In this document: piece after piece, positions 53,001 to 64,000 of the stretch | How positions within the stretch are numbered: position 1 is the stretch's first letter | Layout: every line of letters starts with the position of its first letter | From: Raillietiella orientalis | Taxonomy: Eukaryota | Assembly: GCA_036172245.1 (NCBI GenBank) | Contig: JAYWIR010000024.1 | Location: 620,001 to 684,000 of the forward strand | Direction of reading: 5' to 3' | DNA: 64,000 nucleotides | Notes under the pieces: generated by a model | What the model saw: only the letters and a program-made list of their open reading frames with translations | Told to the model about the DNA's origin: nothing | The model's database searches: none | Position numbers and translations under genes: made by a program

Positions 53001-55220
53001 ACCTAAAGTATTTGCACACTGAGATCTTGGATGAGGCAACTTTTCTCCATCCGTTGATGTTCCTTTATCCTGGAAAGACAAAAGAAAGAAAGAAAGAAAG
53101 CTTGGAAATAATTTAATGACGCATGTGCATTTTATCATTAAGCTGTGTTAAAGAAGCTGTAAAAGAAACAACAACAACAACAACAACATGTACCTTAGGC
53201 TAAAATCAACATTTGAGTCATTATGGTTTGCATTTTACATTAATTACGTCTTGAGTTCTGCACACACAACACACACAAAACTGAATCTTGAAAAAAGAAA
53301 ACAAAACTTAATTATGATCAATGTGGTGATGGTGAAGGAGGAAACATGAAATTTATAATAAAATAAAGTAAATGAAGATATGAAATTTAATTCAAGGCAA
53401 GAACCAAAAGTTAAAACAAAGTAAAAGATTGCAAACAAGGGAAGAGGCAAACATTTGTCGAATTTGTAGACAGTCTAAAATTACCAGCATAATTTTGATA
53501 AACATACTGAAAACTGAACTGCATTTAAACTTATTTCAACTGCATGATAAAAATAACACAAAGAATGTAGGGTGCTGTCTGCTCGAAAGAGTAGCTAAGA
53601 TGCAACAGTGAATTCAAAGCTAGATAAGATCTACAAAGTCTTAACACAAGCGAGAACAAATTCATGTTCCAAACTGTTGATAACGAAATACACTGAAAAT
53701 GGATGTAGAGATTCAAAACAAAATGGTGGTTCAAAAGTATTAGAAAATATTTTTTTGGTAGCAAAATTCTGAACAATGGATGAGATTCAACAAAATGTAT
53801 GGCTGTTTCAAACCTTCACTTCAAATTGAATGGTTTCACATGATACATGCTTTTGGAGAGCTGGCTTTGCAGTTTTCTGACTGGTTTGGCAATCCTGGCA
53901 AACTGAAGTACCTAGATTATTGAAATACAATTAAACAAGAAGATCACCATCAAGAGGGTCTCTTTCAAATTCTTACAAGTTTAAAGCAGTTGTACTCAAA
54001 TGACAAAAATGGTCACAAAAATGATAATCACTTACTACTGAAACAATTTAACTTTTCCTTCTGCAATTGCTCGAGTTCCTTTGTGAAATACTCTAACACT
54101 TTTTGATCCACATGTTTAACATTCATGTTACAGCATGGTTCAAAACTTTTGGCAAACTGAAATTTGTTTGTATTTGAAATTATGGACTCAAGTTCTTTTA
54201 TCTGTTTTTCCTGCTGCTTGATCAAGTTCAAATACTTTATGAATTTCTCATTCAGATCTTCATTTGACGAATTCTTGTTGACTACATTATGTGTTTGCAT
54301 AGGGAGCTTAATGCATGGAGGCTTATGATACTCTAGAAATTATAATCATTCATAACCTAATAAATTTCAGACATTTTATATCAAATGAAGATTACCAGCA
54401 TCATTTTTACTGAATCTCTTTAACATCTTTCTTTTCCTTGCATTCTCCATTTCCAACTCTTTAATTTTATGAGCATATTGTAAATTGAGACATTTTGAAT
54501 CTTGCAACTGCTTTTTGTAATTGTGAATACATTCATCTAGAACTACAAACATTTTGACAAGAACCAAATCTGTGCATTGCATATAAAATGATTTTCTTTC
54601 CCCCTCCATTATGGACAAGAAAAATACCATTAAACTTTAAGAGTGAGGTACAGTTTCTCACTGATGTGTGGACTGTTTTTGAAAACATAGGTTCAGGATC
54701 GCAATAAAAATCAACGCAAGGACATACCGTGTGGATAAATGTAAACTAAATACATAATATGATTTCATATATTCGTAGTATAATACTAACATACATACTT
54801 TTCATTTGAGCACTCGTTTCATGGACTTTCTCCTGTGTACTAGTTTTTATATTTTGTATTTCCTGCAAAGTCGTGTTCTCTTTTTCAGCAAGGTGTTTAT
54901 TGATCTTTTCTAATTCTTCTACTTTCTGTAAGATTGAAAGAAAAGTAAACGACATTATATGCGTTTATTAACATCGTTTTATTTTGAGTTCTTACATAGG
55001 AATACAACTTTACCACAATGCATTTGAAATTCGAATTTAAACTCACTTCTTTCCATTCCTTTTGCAGCTGTAATGCATTTTTCAAGCCTTCACTTGTCTT
55101 CAGTAAATCGGCCAAAAGATGTTCCACTAATGGAAGACTACTCCCACTAACTGGATGAAGATAACCCATTTGGAACAATTTTTCTGCTATTATTTCACGC
55201 TTATCTTTACTCTTCTCCAT
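45251..55220 (-). CDS. CEP135: CEP135/Bld10 (TSGA10-family) centriolar coiled-coil protein, divergent; at least 15 exons, 3' end unresolved
   Basis: Phase-consistent exons: 55220-55047, 54925-54799, 54542-54396, 54332-54036, 53911-53814, 53069-53003, 52948-52860, 51641-51434, 51388-51271, 51152-50942, 50707-50592, 46495-46370, 46317-46164, 46119-45901, 45427-45251 (~776 codons). LFQMGYLHPVSGSSLPLVEHLLADLLKTSEGL resembles the CEP135 LDQLGY...LPLVEKLFSDL motif, and KCLNLQYAHKIKELE resembles KFLNNQYAHKLKLLE. Middle exons are less certain. Confidence 0.8.
45901..46495 (-). CDS. CEP135: CEP135-like C-terminal exon cluster (46495-46370, 46317-46164, 46119-45901)
   Basis: VSEELEEARASNENLKLKIQEYCAKIKKFEDLITFR|EADRKQLLEDYKNL resembles the CEP135/TSGA10 C-terminal conserved block; introns of 52 and 44 nt. 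Confidence 0.8.
46510..46552. repeat. (AC)n plus poly(A); reads poly(T)-(GT)n on the minus strand just before a CEP135 acceptor
   Basis: Seen directly. Confidence 0.9.
48715..48735. repeat. (TAA)n microsatellite
   Basis: Seen directly. Confidence 0.9.
50942..51152 (-). CDS. CEP135: CEP135-like coiled-coil exon
   Basis: NTQSQIDKDWVVLKKETEEKSALIKELE...KAKLQ|gtaggt; heptad pattern. Confidence 0.75.
53167..53188. repeat. (AAC)n microsatellite
   Basis: Seen directly. Confidence 0.9.
54396..54542 (-). CDS. CEP135: CEP135-like exon with QYAHK motif
   Basis: LDECIHNYKKQLQDSKCLNLQYAHKIKELEMENARKRKML; AG/GT bounded. An alternative acceptor exists 6 nt inside. Confidence 0.85.
55047..55220 (-). CDS. 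CEP135: CEP135-like first coding exon
   Basis: MEKSKDKREIIAEKLFQMGY...LPLVEHLLADL...WKE|gtgagt. Confidence 0.88.
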
Positions 55221-57436
55221 AAATTTTACATATCAAATTTAATCATTTGTGTACAAAATTTCGCAAAAAATCAATAAAGCTGCGTAATTTCAATTATATT
55301 CACAGTTTTAAGGTTGAAAATGTTAGATGTTTTAAACACACATCTCCCGCCATTTTTGCAACTTTCGTGTAGGGAAAGTGCCAAGTAAACATGTTTTTCC
55401 ATTGTTTTAGGAATGCGGGTAATAATAAATGCAACCATATTGACCTTCCTGTACCAATGAAATGAAAAGTGAGATGTATGAATGAAGCACATATACGTAT
55501 ATATAATTTATTTTGTTATGTATATTTTATTTTGCAGTCTATATTTTTCTAAAAAATAAGACCAACATGTGTGATGATTTTCCAATGACAATAAGACCAG
55601 TATAACTGATTCATTTTTTACTCAAGAGAGAAATTTCAGATAAAAAATTTGAGAATACATACTCAAAAAAAATACAAGAGTGAAAATCAAAGCATTCTCA
55701 AAGTAAGTAGTCATTTATTTTAATTTTCGGATGGATACAATTCTTTCTCACATCCAAATTCAGGTAAAGCATCAGCTTCAGATCCAATCTACACTATCCT
55801 GTTCCTATGACTCCATTCCTCAAGTGTTATGGTAAACTTTATGATTCCTTTTTTGGTGCAGATTCTCAGTCCTTTTTGTGCTTCGTGAATGTTCCATTTA
55901 AAAAAAAATACAGTGAAGAATGACAGCTTGTTTGGGGAATCCCAGTCTGGAATCCACTTATTTTTAATCGCGCTTACTCTGTAACTGCAATTCGACTACA
56001 GTGGATGCATTAAAAATGGGCGCTTGATTGCATCAGGAATATGAACGAGGAAAATGAAAGGTAATATTAATTTCTTTCTACTGAAATCAAAATTCAAACC
56101 GAGACGATCCAAAGAAGCACGTACAGGAATTCCATTACCTTTGAAATCGTAATCATGTTGGAGTCTATGTTTAAAGTCTCTCTGTCGCACTCATAGAGTG
56201 ACTGTTGCCTTTTCGAAAAGATCAGAATTATAACATAGCAAATAGCCGTAAAGTAACGAAGAATCGTATGAGGAAAGCAGCTAACAGTTATGCTCTTTGA
56301 AATAGTAAAGTTCATTTTAGAAGCATAACCGAATCAAATTATTTAGCAAGATGAGTCGAGAACATCCCTAAGCTGGACACTAACAAATGTAGGCTTGATG
56401 TAGCGTTTGATGAAAAAGGCAAATATTCGACTCCATTAGCACGATTTCATCAACACTTATTCGGATGATTCAGAAAGTAATTTTCAAAGGAAATTGCATT
56501 TACTTGGATAAAAAAACAAGTATTCCTTTTTATGTACTAAAACATCGTGCTTAATTCATTGTATTCAAATGAAATTCCTGAAAAGGATGTTATGACAAGC
56601 AGTTTTCATTTCTTTTTAATAAAGGGAAGCGAGAGCTTATAAGTTGGGAAAAATGTGGTAGTAAGCTTTGCAAAAACTTCTCAAAGCTGAATGTTCTAAT
56701 AAGATGTTTTTTGAAAGTGCCATCTGTCAGATTACAGCCTTATTTACAAGCATAACCAGGCTGAATGAAAACTTTTTAAACTCCTGCATTCGTCGTTGAA
56801 GTTATTTTCTTCCTTATATTTGGTTTATTCAACCTTGATTCTAAACTCTCTCGAAATAAAAAAAAAAAAGTCATGCTGGAATTTTTTTTTTTCAATCTTA
56901 ATGATGCACGCAATACTTTCTACAAGCTTACGGTGTCATTATTTTTCGCTAAATATTTATTTGCTTTTTTTCTTAATTTCTAGAAGGAGAGATTCCAGAA
57001 TTTTCGCTAAAGGGATCGAGAAATTTTCGAGATTTTCGAATGTAACTACACGAATTTTCAATGCGAGAAGCAAAATGGGAAAAGCAAACAGAACGACGCA
57101 GGGTAAGAGAACATCCAGCTCTAAGCTCATCCACATTGACCAAGTGCCCTACTTCGGCAATTCCTTTCCTTAGGAAACGCGCACAGAAAGAATCATATCG
57201 ACTGAGAAGGGAGTGTACCATCAAAAAGCCTATTCGGAGGGACTCCATGGGAAATCTCTCCTTCATAACCTAAACTGCATGCTCGGCTTTACGGACTGGA
57301 CTCCTCCATCTCGGCTCAGAGGACGGCGAGGTTTGCCATTGCTCCTGTTTCGTAACACCACACTGATCTATTCCATAGTAGGGAGCAGAACAGTCTTATG
57401 ACGCAATCCCAGCAAGGGGTAAGTGAGACAGTGAAC

Positions 57437-59359
57437 TCATGGTTTGTCTGCTGTATTTTGTAGCCAAAAATGTTCCCGAAAAACAGATAGCAAAAGTATT
57501 CCTGTGAACTCCTCACGGGAACTCCTTCTCCAATAACTCGCCCATCTGCTTCCAGATCCCTTCAAACACATGCTTGAACTAAAGTTGAGACCAGTGATCA
57601 GGTTCTCGTTCACCTTCTTGGAGCTTACCTTAACAGTTTGGTTCTTTTCCGACTCTTGGATCTTCTTACTCAAACCATCGATTTCCCTCCTGATTAGATT
57701 ACTAAGGTTTCTTGACTCGGTGTCGATTTTCTGTTTGGTGCTTTCGTTGATTTCCTTTCGCAAATCGTCCGTCTTCTCCAGGAGTCTGCTTTCCAGTCCT
57801 TCCAGGTCAGTGACCTTCCCTTCCAAGCCTTTGAATTCATTGCAAAGATTGGAGTACTGCTCTTCGACCTCGTTGATGCATTCAATGATTTCCCTGATCT
57901 TCATCTGAAAGCAAATGACAACAGGTTTTCACTAAAAGGATTCGCGCGTTCCCGTGGACAGAAAAAGATGGTCCGGCCCAACACCGCGGAATAAAAACTG
58001 CAAGAATACTGAAAGCGCAGCATCCAGCATCAGCTCGGTTCGCGGAAAGCGAGCGCCGCTGTCTCAGTACCAGAAGACACTCTCGCGAAAACGAGGGGCT
58101 CTTGCAAAGTCACTTCGCGCAAAGTGTTCTTCACATCTGAGAGCGGAACAGTTGGAATTCGCCAGCGAGCAGATCCTTCACCCCGGAGGAGCCTATACCC
58201 ATGCTCCTTAGAGGATAGCATGGGGTGACGCCTGTTCAGTTGTCCGAAAAGCGAAGCTTCCACGGTCGCCGGACCGGTATTCCGTCGACCTCGGATGTTC
58301 CCTCTTCCGTTCCTTCCTCCTCTCCGGGAGCATCCGAGCAGGACCCCTTCCATCGCTTTCTCCACGTTTGCCATGATGAAATCGGATTCAGATGCCCCGG
58401 GCGAGATCGGGAGCCCCGGAGCGACGCGGCGTGATCCACTACTACTTTGACATGTCGGCACCTCGGAAATTAAGCTGGCCAGCAGTGGCGCTCTTGCGGG
58501 GAGCCGAGCCGTGCAGAGGAGGCCGCGGAAGCGCCGTCGTGTATCGCGGCGCAGCGACGTGGGGGAAACGCGGCGGGCGCGGGTCGACCCGGAAATGGGG
58601 CAGGACGGCGTGCTACACTAGAGGTCGCCCTACACCCGCCAGCGGGTAACTTTTGCAAAGGAAGTCTCTTGGTACCACGTTCTCTTCGTTGTTTAAGAGC
58701 ATATCTCCCTGGAACTTGTTTTGCAACTCCAATATTGTCTTGATTTCCTTATCGAGGCTGTCCAGCTTAGAGAGCATTATACAATTCGGATCCAGATTCT
58801 CAGCCATCTGCGGACCGTCCACCTGAAAAGCACACACATTGGGACCCATGCGCGCGTCCTGCGGGTTTTTCATTCCCTCGCCCCCCTCTCCCTTTTCCCC
58901 GACTCGTCGTATTCTTTCACTTTTGACCTTCCCACTGTCTGAAGGCGCGCCCAAGCAGTGGAATTGCAGACGTCTCCAACCCCGCTTTTATGACGCTCCC
59001 ACAGCATGTCTCGAGTAATGGTTGACGAGACGGCGTCGTTCTGGATGTGCCGTCGGCATTTTCCATGTGGTTCAACATGCCGACAGCACATCCTGCAACG
59101 GTTGCGCCCGCTCCAAGCAGGGGAAAACAGAAAGGGATTTTCTCCGCGGAGCAGATCTACCAAGAAATAAATCTCATCATACCAGGGCTGAAGTTCGGCA
59201 CTTTTTCATTTCGCACATTGCCGAAACCATTCTTTTAAGGTACCGATTCGACTTCTTCCACAGGTCGCATCTCAGCTTGTCGGAGTCCCGTCTTCTGGAC
59301 TCCTGGCTGCCGCCTCTCCAATCGTAGTAGCTCGAGTCGCAGTACTTCAAGGGGTCGTG
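57437..59359 (-). CDS. Uncharacterised multi-exon coiled-coil protein (partial model)
   Basis: Candidate exons: 59359-59244, 59092-~58930, 58822-58676 (VDGPQMAENLD...LDSLDKEIKTILELQNKF), 57904-~57517 (MKIREIIECINEVEEQYSNLCNEFKGLEGKVTDLEGLE...). Good acceptors, compatible phases, strong heptads. Start and stop not resolved. Confidence 0.6.
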
Positions 59360-62300
59360 CTAAAGAAGGAAATGGGGGACATTCGTCGGCTCGCTCGCAT
59401 GAGTGCCTTCGCTCGCCGCCTGCTGAGTGTCCTTCGAGGGCCTTTCATAGATTCGTGGGAACCTCTCCAGACACCTGAATATCCTAAATATCCCAAGCTT
59501 CTTGCTTGGAGGAGGCGAAACGTCTCAGGATTATTCGCTCGTCCCTGCTTCTGCCACAACCTGCCTTGTCGCCCTCTCCTTCCTACAGAGGAGCAGCTCG
59601 TTGACTTTCACCTCAGCTGGAAACAAGCCTGCCTAAAGCGTACTTGCACCTCCCTACGCTGTTCAGATCGAAGTTCGTAGAGCGTCTCTCCACCTGAGGG
59701 GGTTCCTTTTGTTCCTGGATGGGCAAGTTGAACATGTGCGAACCAGCTTCCTAGTAGCCGAATCGCTCAGAAAGGCAGGGGCACAGCGTCTTCACAACTG
59801 ACTGCTTCCCAGCCCGGAGGCCGTTTCGACTCTCTTCGGATCGACCAGTGTCCCGGAAAACACACAATACCTTCGCATAAATAGCAAGCAACGGCCTCCC
59901 AGCAAATGAACTGTTTGTTTTCTTCCTTCCTACTCATGGAAAGCGTGCAAGTAATTTAACCTCGAACTCCTTGATGTCCATTTTAAAGTGCGCCGAATCT
60001 CTTCTGCGGGAACGTTCTGGGTCGCATTGCAGAGTAAATTTTCCTGCCAAGTAGGGCAGGCCCTGTAGACGAGGAGCGATCGAGAGCCATTTCCTTACAA
60101 TCTACGATCACAAGCGTGCTCTGCTACCCTGCGTGTCGTGCAACTGGCCCAACTCTTCGGCTTTTGGTGAGTGCTCCAGCATCCTTCTTCGACGATCAGG
60201 AGACCGTGGCGCTCCTTTTGCACCCTTCCAATCTCTCGACGAATGCGAATCGTCTGCTCGCTCGTTCAACGTATCCGGAAGAATCCCTGCTTGCATGCCG
60301 GTTCGGGATTTTCAGGATGCACCGCAGAACGTGCGTTCTGAAACTTCGTGGTGCAACTTCTGTCCAAGAGCACGCCTTGCTGTGCTCGGCAGAGCATCGG
60401 CGCAGACGGACACTTCGTCGGTGACGTACGACTCCCGTCATCATACTTGCAGAAAGTTTCGTAAGTTGCCAACGCAAAGTCATGCTCTGTTTTGCACCTG
60501 AGGCGAGCCAAAGATTCACAAGCGCGGTCCAACGAATGTATTCCACCATTAACCATTTCGTTTTACGGGCATGCGCAACCGGGCGATTATGGCTATAAAT
60601 TACATGTTTTCAATTGCTAATCGTATTTATCGAAGTGCGCGCACTGAAGTTCTTGGAAGTAAATGGGCTTGGGGGATTCGTGCCCACCAATATTACAATG
60701 GACGACCAGATTCAATCCATCACGACTAGCGCAATCTGGACCGAAGGAAATTTAATACATTTCATTCACAGTGAAAACTCCGTCATTATGAGTTACGATA
60801 TCGTTTGGAAAAGAAGAAGAAGAAGAAAAAAAAATCTGATTCGTTATTCGTCGGAGAGGTCATACATTTTCAGAAAACATTTCGCTTTTAAAATTTGCTC
60901 AACCACTTTCCTTACATGGCGTTTTTTTGTATAGTCACTGGATTCAACCACATCTTGAAAGCATTCCTTCTGAAAATAAGAAAACATTTGCTAAAATGAT
61001 TGAAAAACACACAAAAAAAAAAAAAAAAAAAATTTTTTTTTTTTGTTTTCTTTTAACATTAGAGGAAGAAAACAGCAACGTTTGAGCATTCGACTTTAAG
61101 TGACGGCAACATTTCTCAGAGTTGAAATGCAGGTCCTCACGAGAGATCAAATTCGTGCCGATGCCGCTTAAGAGCGAGGAGCAGCTGTGGAATCGTACAG
61201 AACAGATTGCCACGGGGGTCACTGCAACTCTGAGCAACACACGAAGAAAAAGCAATTTTGGGGGGTAATTTAGCTTCAACATCGGCTAGCTAATCATACA
61301 CGAATAAGCAAAAAGAAGGATACCCGAAAGGGGAGAATAAGGAGGGGTTTTTTGGTATACAACAAATCTTTCGTGGAGAGAGGAGGAGTTAAGGAGAACG
61401 AAGGAAAAAGAAAAGTGCTCCCATGCAAAGAAAAAAAAAAAAAAAAAAATGCATTTGAAGTTCCAACTTCGAAGCTGTTTCGCGAAACTACTAGGCAAAA
61501 GGAATCTCAGAAGATGCTGATTAAACCTTGGTTTCAGAGACGATTCTCGAGATCGGGATACTTCAAAGATCATGAGATGCAGGGCAATGCAACTTCAAGG
61601 AAGCAAGCAGCTTTGAAGACGACTGCTTCGAGGTTTTCGGTACGGTTGTCGAGTACGAGGAACACGCGTGTTTCGAATGTGATTTGGATTGCCATTTCAA
61701 GAAACAGCGTGCATCCAAACCCAAACAAGATGGCAATTCGTTCGAGCTGCCGATCGGCAACTTAATTTTTAGAAGCGATATTCACCAACAGTTGGCAGCA
61801 CTCTTCATAGACTTTCGGCGTGCTTTCTGCATGAACCTCCTTTTTCATGCATCCCTAAAAAGAATCACACTGAGAAAACAATGGCGGATGCAAAATTCGT
61901 GGGACGTTCACACTGATGTTTTTTGGTGTGGCGCCGAGCAAAGAACAAACACTCTTTACTTTGCCGAGTTTTTTGTGTTGCACCAGGTGGTAGAGGAGGA
62001 AACTTCCCGCAACGAGTCCAGAGATGCAGAGGCAGTTTTTGGAGATCATCGTGCGAACCACGAGAGGAGCTTAAGATTCCGATACAGACAGGGACAGAGG
62101 GAAGGGAAGGAAGGACTCCGGAATTCGAGTACAAAACAAACGGGAAACAGGTTTGATGAAACGGCAACAATCGGGTTTCCGTGGAAACCACGCACGCACG
62201 TGCTGACCCGCTCATTGTTGCGTTTCATTTTTGCCAGAAAGTGACCCTGCGGTTCGGATGGCGTTCGCGGGTGGGTTAAAATCGGGCCGCGAGCGGGTTT

Positions 62301-63383
62301 ACCCGCGTGCACGCATCCCGGGATAACTGACGCTGGACCGTCGACTTGACGGCAGCAGTCCGTCCCTCCGTCACCATCCGGGCGTCAGCAGCAGCACGAG
62401 CGTCCACTCTGCCGGCGGTTCTCACCGCTGCTGCTGCAGCCGGCGATCTTTGAAGGTGGGCACAAGCGGCGCACCTCCTCGATCGGTTTTTTTCCCTGTT
62501 CAAAGATCACATACATCTGCATCACGATGATGGCACGTGGTCATCTCTCCGGTCACGAAAGGGTCACTCGAGAACGTTCCTCTTCATGTGTGTCTGTCCG
62601 GGAATCGATCACTGCAGCTTCATTCTTTCCGAGGAGATTGGAAGAAAAGGTAGAATTCAGCTGATCCCTCGAAGATCCAGAAGGGGAAAAACGTTTTTTC
62701 CACCCGGAGCTTTTCAAATAGAAACGAAGCAGCAAAAAGCATACGTTTCAAACAGTGCCGATGGCATTTTTTCGTAGGTTCTTCCCATTCATGCGATGGC
62801 TTTCCGTGAACACAGGTCCGAGGTTTGAATATTGCTTTTCTTTTAAACAGTATAATTAAAGACTTTTCAACAGTTACAATAGATCAAGTATTACACCTGC
62901 AAGCATAAAAACAAAAACAAAAACCAGGAACTACATTCTTTGGCATTAGAACTAAGGTATACTCATGAGCTCAGGAAAAAAAAGATTTACTTATCGTACT
63001 TTCTGCCATACATTTTCTAACGCGCAAAAAATAATTTTTTTGGTTCCTGAGATTCAAGCTTAATGACCTACTGGAATGACCAGTTTGTGTTTTCCATTTT
63101 CCTACATTGGATCACAGAATTTACGCTCGAACCATATTTTTCCGAAACTGACATAACCTATATGATGAAAATTTACGTGTTTTGCGTGTGTTTTTGATGA
63201 GACACATTTGATCAAATATACCATATGTGAGGCTACTGATAAGTCTGCCTAATGAATCTCTCGCCTGCAATGTAAACACCCAGAGGAGACTAAAGAATGA
63301 AATAACACTCCTCCTATACTAAGCGTGCATATTTGCGAGTGATAGTATGCAGAGAAGCCCTCTCAATAGAAGGTTTTTCCAAG

Positions 63384-63764
63384 AGCACCTGCACCGGGAG
63401 CTGAACCTCCGCGTGCTGCTGCAGCGCGACCTGAAGAACGTCGTCCGGGTCGAGTTCGACGGCGGCGAGACGTGGGTCACGCTGGCCCCCGTCCACCAGG
63501 TCTTCCGCAGCCTGGTGCTGCTGCTCCAAGAGGCCGGCGACAACGCGTGCTCGCTGTCCAGCCTGAAGAAAAAGCACGACCAACAGGTTCGGCACCTCCT
63601 GCTGCCCCGCGCAGTTCGGCTACCCCAGCCTCATCTCCCTGATGGAGGTCTTCCACGACGCCCTCAGGATACGAGGGAAGGGTTTCAAGCGCGCGCTGAA
63701 CCTGAACAAGGACTACCAAGGAACATCATGCATTAGAAGCTGTGGAAGTCTATCACTGACATGA
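63384..63764 (+). pseudogene. MARF1/Limkain-b1-like LOTUS (OST-HTH) domain fragment with +1 frameshift (pseudogene fragment or assembly error)
   Basis: Frame A gives LRVLLQRDLKNVVRVEFDGGETWVTLAPVHQVFRSLVLLLQEAGDNACSLSSLKKK. The +1 frame from ~63582 gives NRFGTSCCPAQFGYPSLISLMEVFHDALRIRGKGFKRALNLNKDY, which fits the LOTUS 'FG...P..FGY.SL..L' pattern. GC3-rich island in AT-rich flanks. Confidence 0.7.
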
Positions 63765-64000
63765 CAAGAAGCCGAGACGCTATGAGATTGCCGTTCGAAA
63801 CCCCCACCAACCTGTTTATAACACTCACGAGTCAAAAAAGCGACCTATTTGTGTTATGTAGTTATTACTACTACGTCGGTTAACAAGAGTATTTCCGAAT
63901 GGGCAGACAGCAGACAGATTCCGATGCCGAATACGTCGGAGATTCTACACTCTTTTGTTCGCAGGGAACGCCCTATTCGGCACGCAAATATGGACCTATT

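Noticed and set aside
1..64000. CRISPR arrays, operons, rRNA, transposase or reverse-transcriptase ORFs
   Set aside because: None seen; the sequence is intron-containing eukaryotic DNA.

Overview
Eukaryotic genomic DNA, probably arthropod (TATA plus TCAGTT Inr promoter, short GT-AG introns, many homopolymers and microsatellites). Most long ORFs in the supplied track look like GC-rich noise. Supported content: (1) a complete 7-exon minus-strand DRAK/STK17 (DAPK-family) kinase gene, 23998->12913, about 596 aa, with core promoter, uORF and poly(A) signal; (2) a divergent multi-exon minus-strand CEP135/Bld10 (TSGA10-family) coiled-coil gene, 55220->~45251, 3' end unresolved; (3) an unassigned minus-strand coiled-coil gene at ~57.4-59.4 kb; (4) a GC-rich plus-strand MARF1/Limkain-b1-like LOTUS-domain fragment with a +1 frameshift at ~63.4-63.8 kb; (5) a tRNA-derived SINE-like head, two pairs of dispersed direct repeats and a sharp GC/CpG transition. 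I found no convincing evidence of a wholly new multi-gene system. Gene models were built by eye from splice signals and phase, and family calls rest on remembered motifs, not on database searches.
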